A DNA stretch of 64,000 nt from positions 544,001 to 608,000 of the forward strand of contig CAWIBO010000005.1 in the NCBI GenBank assembly GCA_963834385.1, written 5' to 3'. Below the pieces are notes generated by a model. That model saw nothing but the letters and a program-made list of their open reading frames with translations, was not told where the DNA came from and did not search any database. Source of the stretch: an uncultured Verrucomicrobiae bacterium (GTDB lineage: Bacteria > Verrucomicrobiota > Verrucomicrobiia > Chthoniobacterales > UBA10450). Below are positions 63,109-64,000 of the stretch, piece by piece; the first letter of the stretch is position 1; each line of letters opens with the position of its first letter. Position numbers and translations under genes: made by a program.

Positions 63109-64000
63109 AGATCAAAGCGCTCCCCTTCGTGAAACCGCTCCTGCTTGCGGGAACAGCGATGCTCTTCGCCCTGACCGCCCGCGCGGAACTGGTGGTGGAC
63201 TACAACTTCACGGTCAATGCCAATATCCCGGATGGGGTCGGCCAATATTCAAATACCCGGACACTGGGCGGTTTTTCGAGCTACTCGGATGTGAATGCTC
63301 GCATCAACCTGACCAGCGCGCCCGGGAGCACGATGTGGCTCGGTGATCTATATTCGACGCTGACCCTCGGCACCGCCGCTGAAAACGAGCGCGTGGCGGT
63401 CCTTCTCAACCGCCCAGGCCGCAGCAACGCCGCGGGGAAAGGCGCCGGCAGCAGCCTCAGTTCTCTCAATATCACCCTCGACGACGCCGCCACCTACAAC
63501 GTCTTCCATGCCACCGACCACCCGACGGAGCTCTTCCTCGAATCTGATGGACGACTTGGAATCAGCCCGACCGGTCCCCGCGTCGCCTTTAATGAAGCCG
63601 ACCGCAACGCCACCCTCACCGCCTTGAACGGCTCCGCTCTCTCCAGCAACACCTTCACCATTCTTATGGCCGACGTTTCCCAGGGCGGACAGGCGAACCT
63701 GGCCGCCTGGGGACTTACCATTACCGGCACCGCTGCGGGGAGCGGTACCCTGAGCGCCGACGGCGGCACCATGGTCATCCGCGACACCAGCAGCGGCGAC
63801 AACAACACCCTGGGTGCGCAGGTTGTGACCACGCAAGCCGGTGGTGGCCCGCTCGTGGTGAACATTGCCGGCAGCATGACTTTTGCGGGCGGGGTCAGCG
63901 GCAGCAGCGGCTTGACCAAACAAGGAGCGGGCACCCTGATTTTGGGCGCGGGCAATACGTATGCGGGTCCGACCACCATCACTTCCGGTATCGTCGAGGT
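63105..64000 (+). CDS. Secreted protein with an N-terminal IPDG/GDLY/VLLNRPG domain followed by an autotransporter-associated beta-strand repeat (partial, runs off window end)
   Basis: Not in the ORF track. ATGA overlap with the upstream stop; MKIKALPFVKPLLLAGTAMLFALTARA signal; ...GLTKQGAGTLILGAGNTYAGPTTITSG. Confidence 0.8.
   Translation, partial: MKIKALPFVKPLLLAGTAMLFALTARAELVVDYNFTVNANIPDGVGQYSNTRTLGGFSSYSDVNARINLTSAPGSTMWLGDLYSTLTLGTAAENERVAVLLNRPGRSNAAGKGAGSSLSSLNITLDDAATYNVFHATDHPTELFLESDGRLGISPTGPRVAFNEADRNATLTALNGSALSSNTFTILMADVSQGGQANLAAWGLTITGTAAGSGTLSADGGTMVIRDTSSGDNNTLGAQVVTTQAGGGPLVVNIAGSMTFAGGVSGSSGLTKQGAGTLILGAGNTYAGPTTITSGIVE

Overview
High-GC bacterial chromosome segment. 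Gene content (exosortase, PEP-CTERM autotransporter-repeat proteins, moxR/bat operon, pilMNO-like genes) suggests Verrucomicrobiota, probably Chthoniobacterales-like; this is inference. Many core genes (gyrB, gyrA, purA, gmd, cstA, hemW) carry single-base frameshifts, best explained as long-read consensus errors. Left to right: a partial RHS/YD gene with a secreted Asp-rich partner; gyrB-gyrA; housekeeping genes and tRNA-Leu; der-moxR-DUF58-bat operon; pilMNOP-like genes; cstA, valS, amidase, murI, squalene/phytoene synthase, hemW; uppS, purA, uppP, glnB, gmd; tRNA-Pro; then a cell-surface locus (sugar epimerase, exosortase, TPR-like protein, a duplicated two-gene module and three very large surface proteins). 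The main unexplained signal is a family of short degenerate tandem-repeat 'arms' (6-9-mers, mostly 7-mers) seen in four states: (i) inverted pairs bracketing four-helix-bundle (Avd/IVS-like) genes inserted into tight operon junctions, (ii) empty inverted hairpins, (iii) concatenated multi-family intergenic mosaics, and (iv) translated insertions inside the exosortase and TPR genes. No CRISPR array, rRNA, transposase or reverse transcriptase was recognised.
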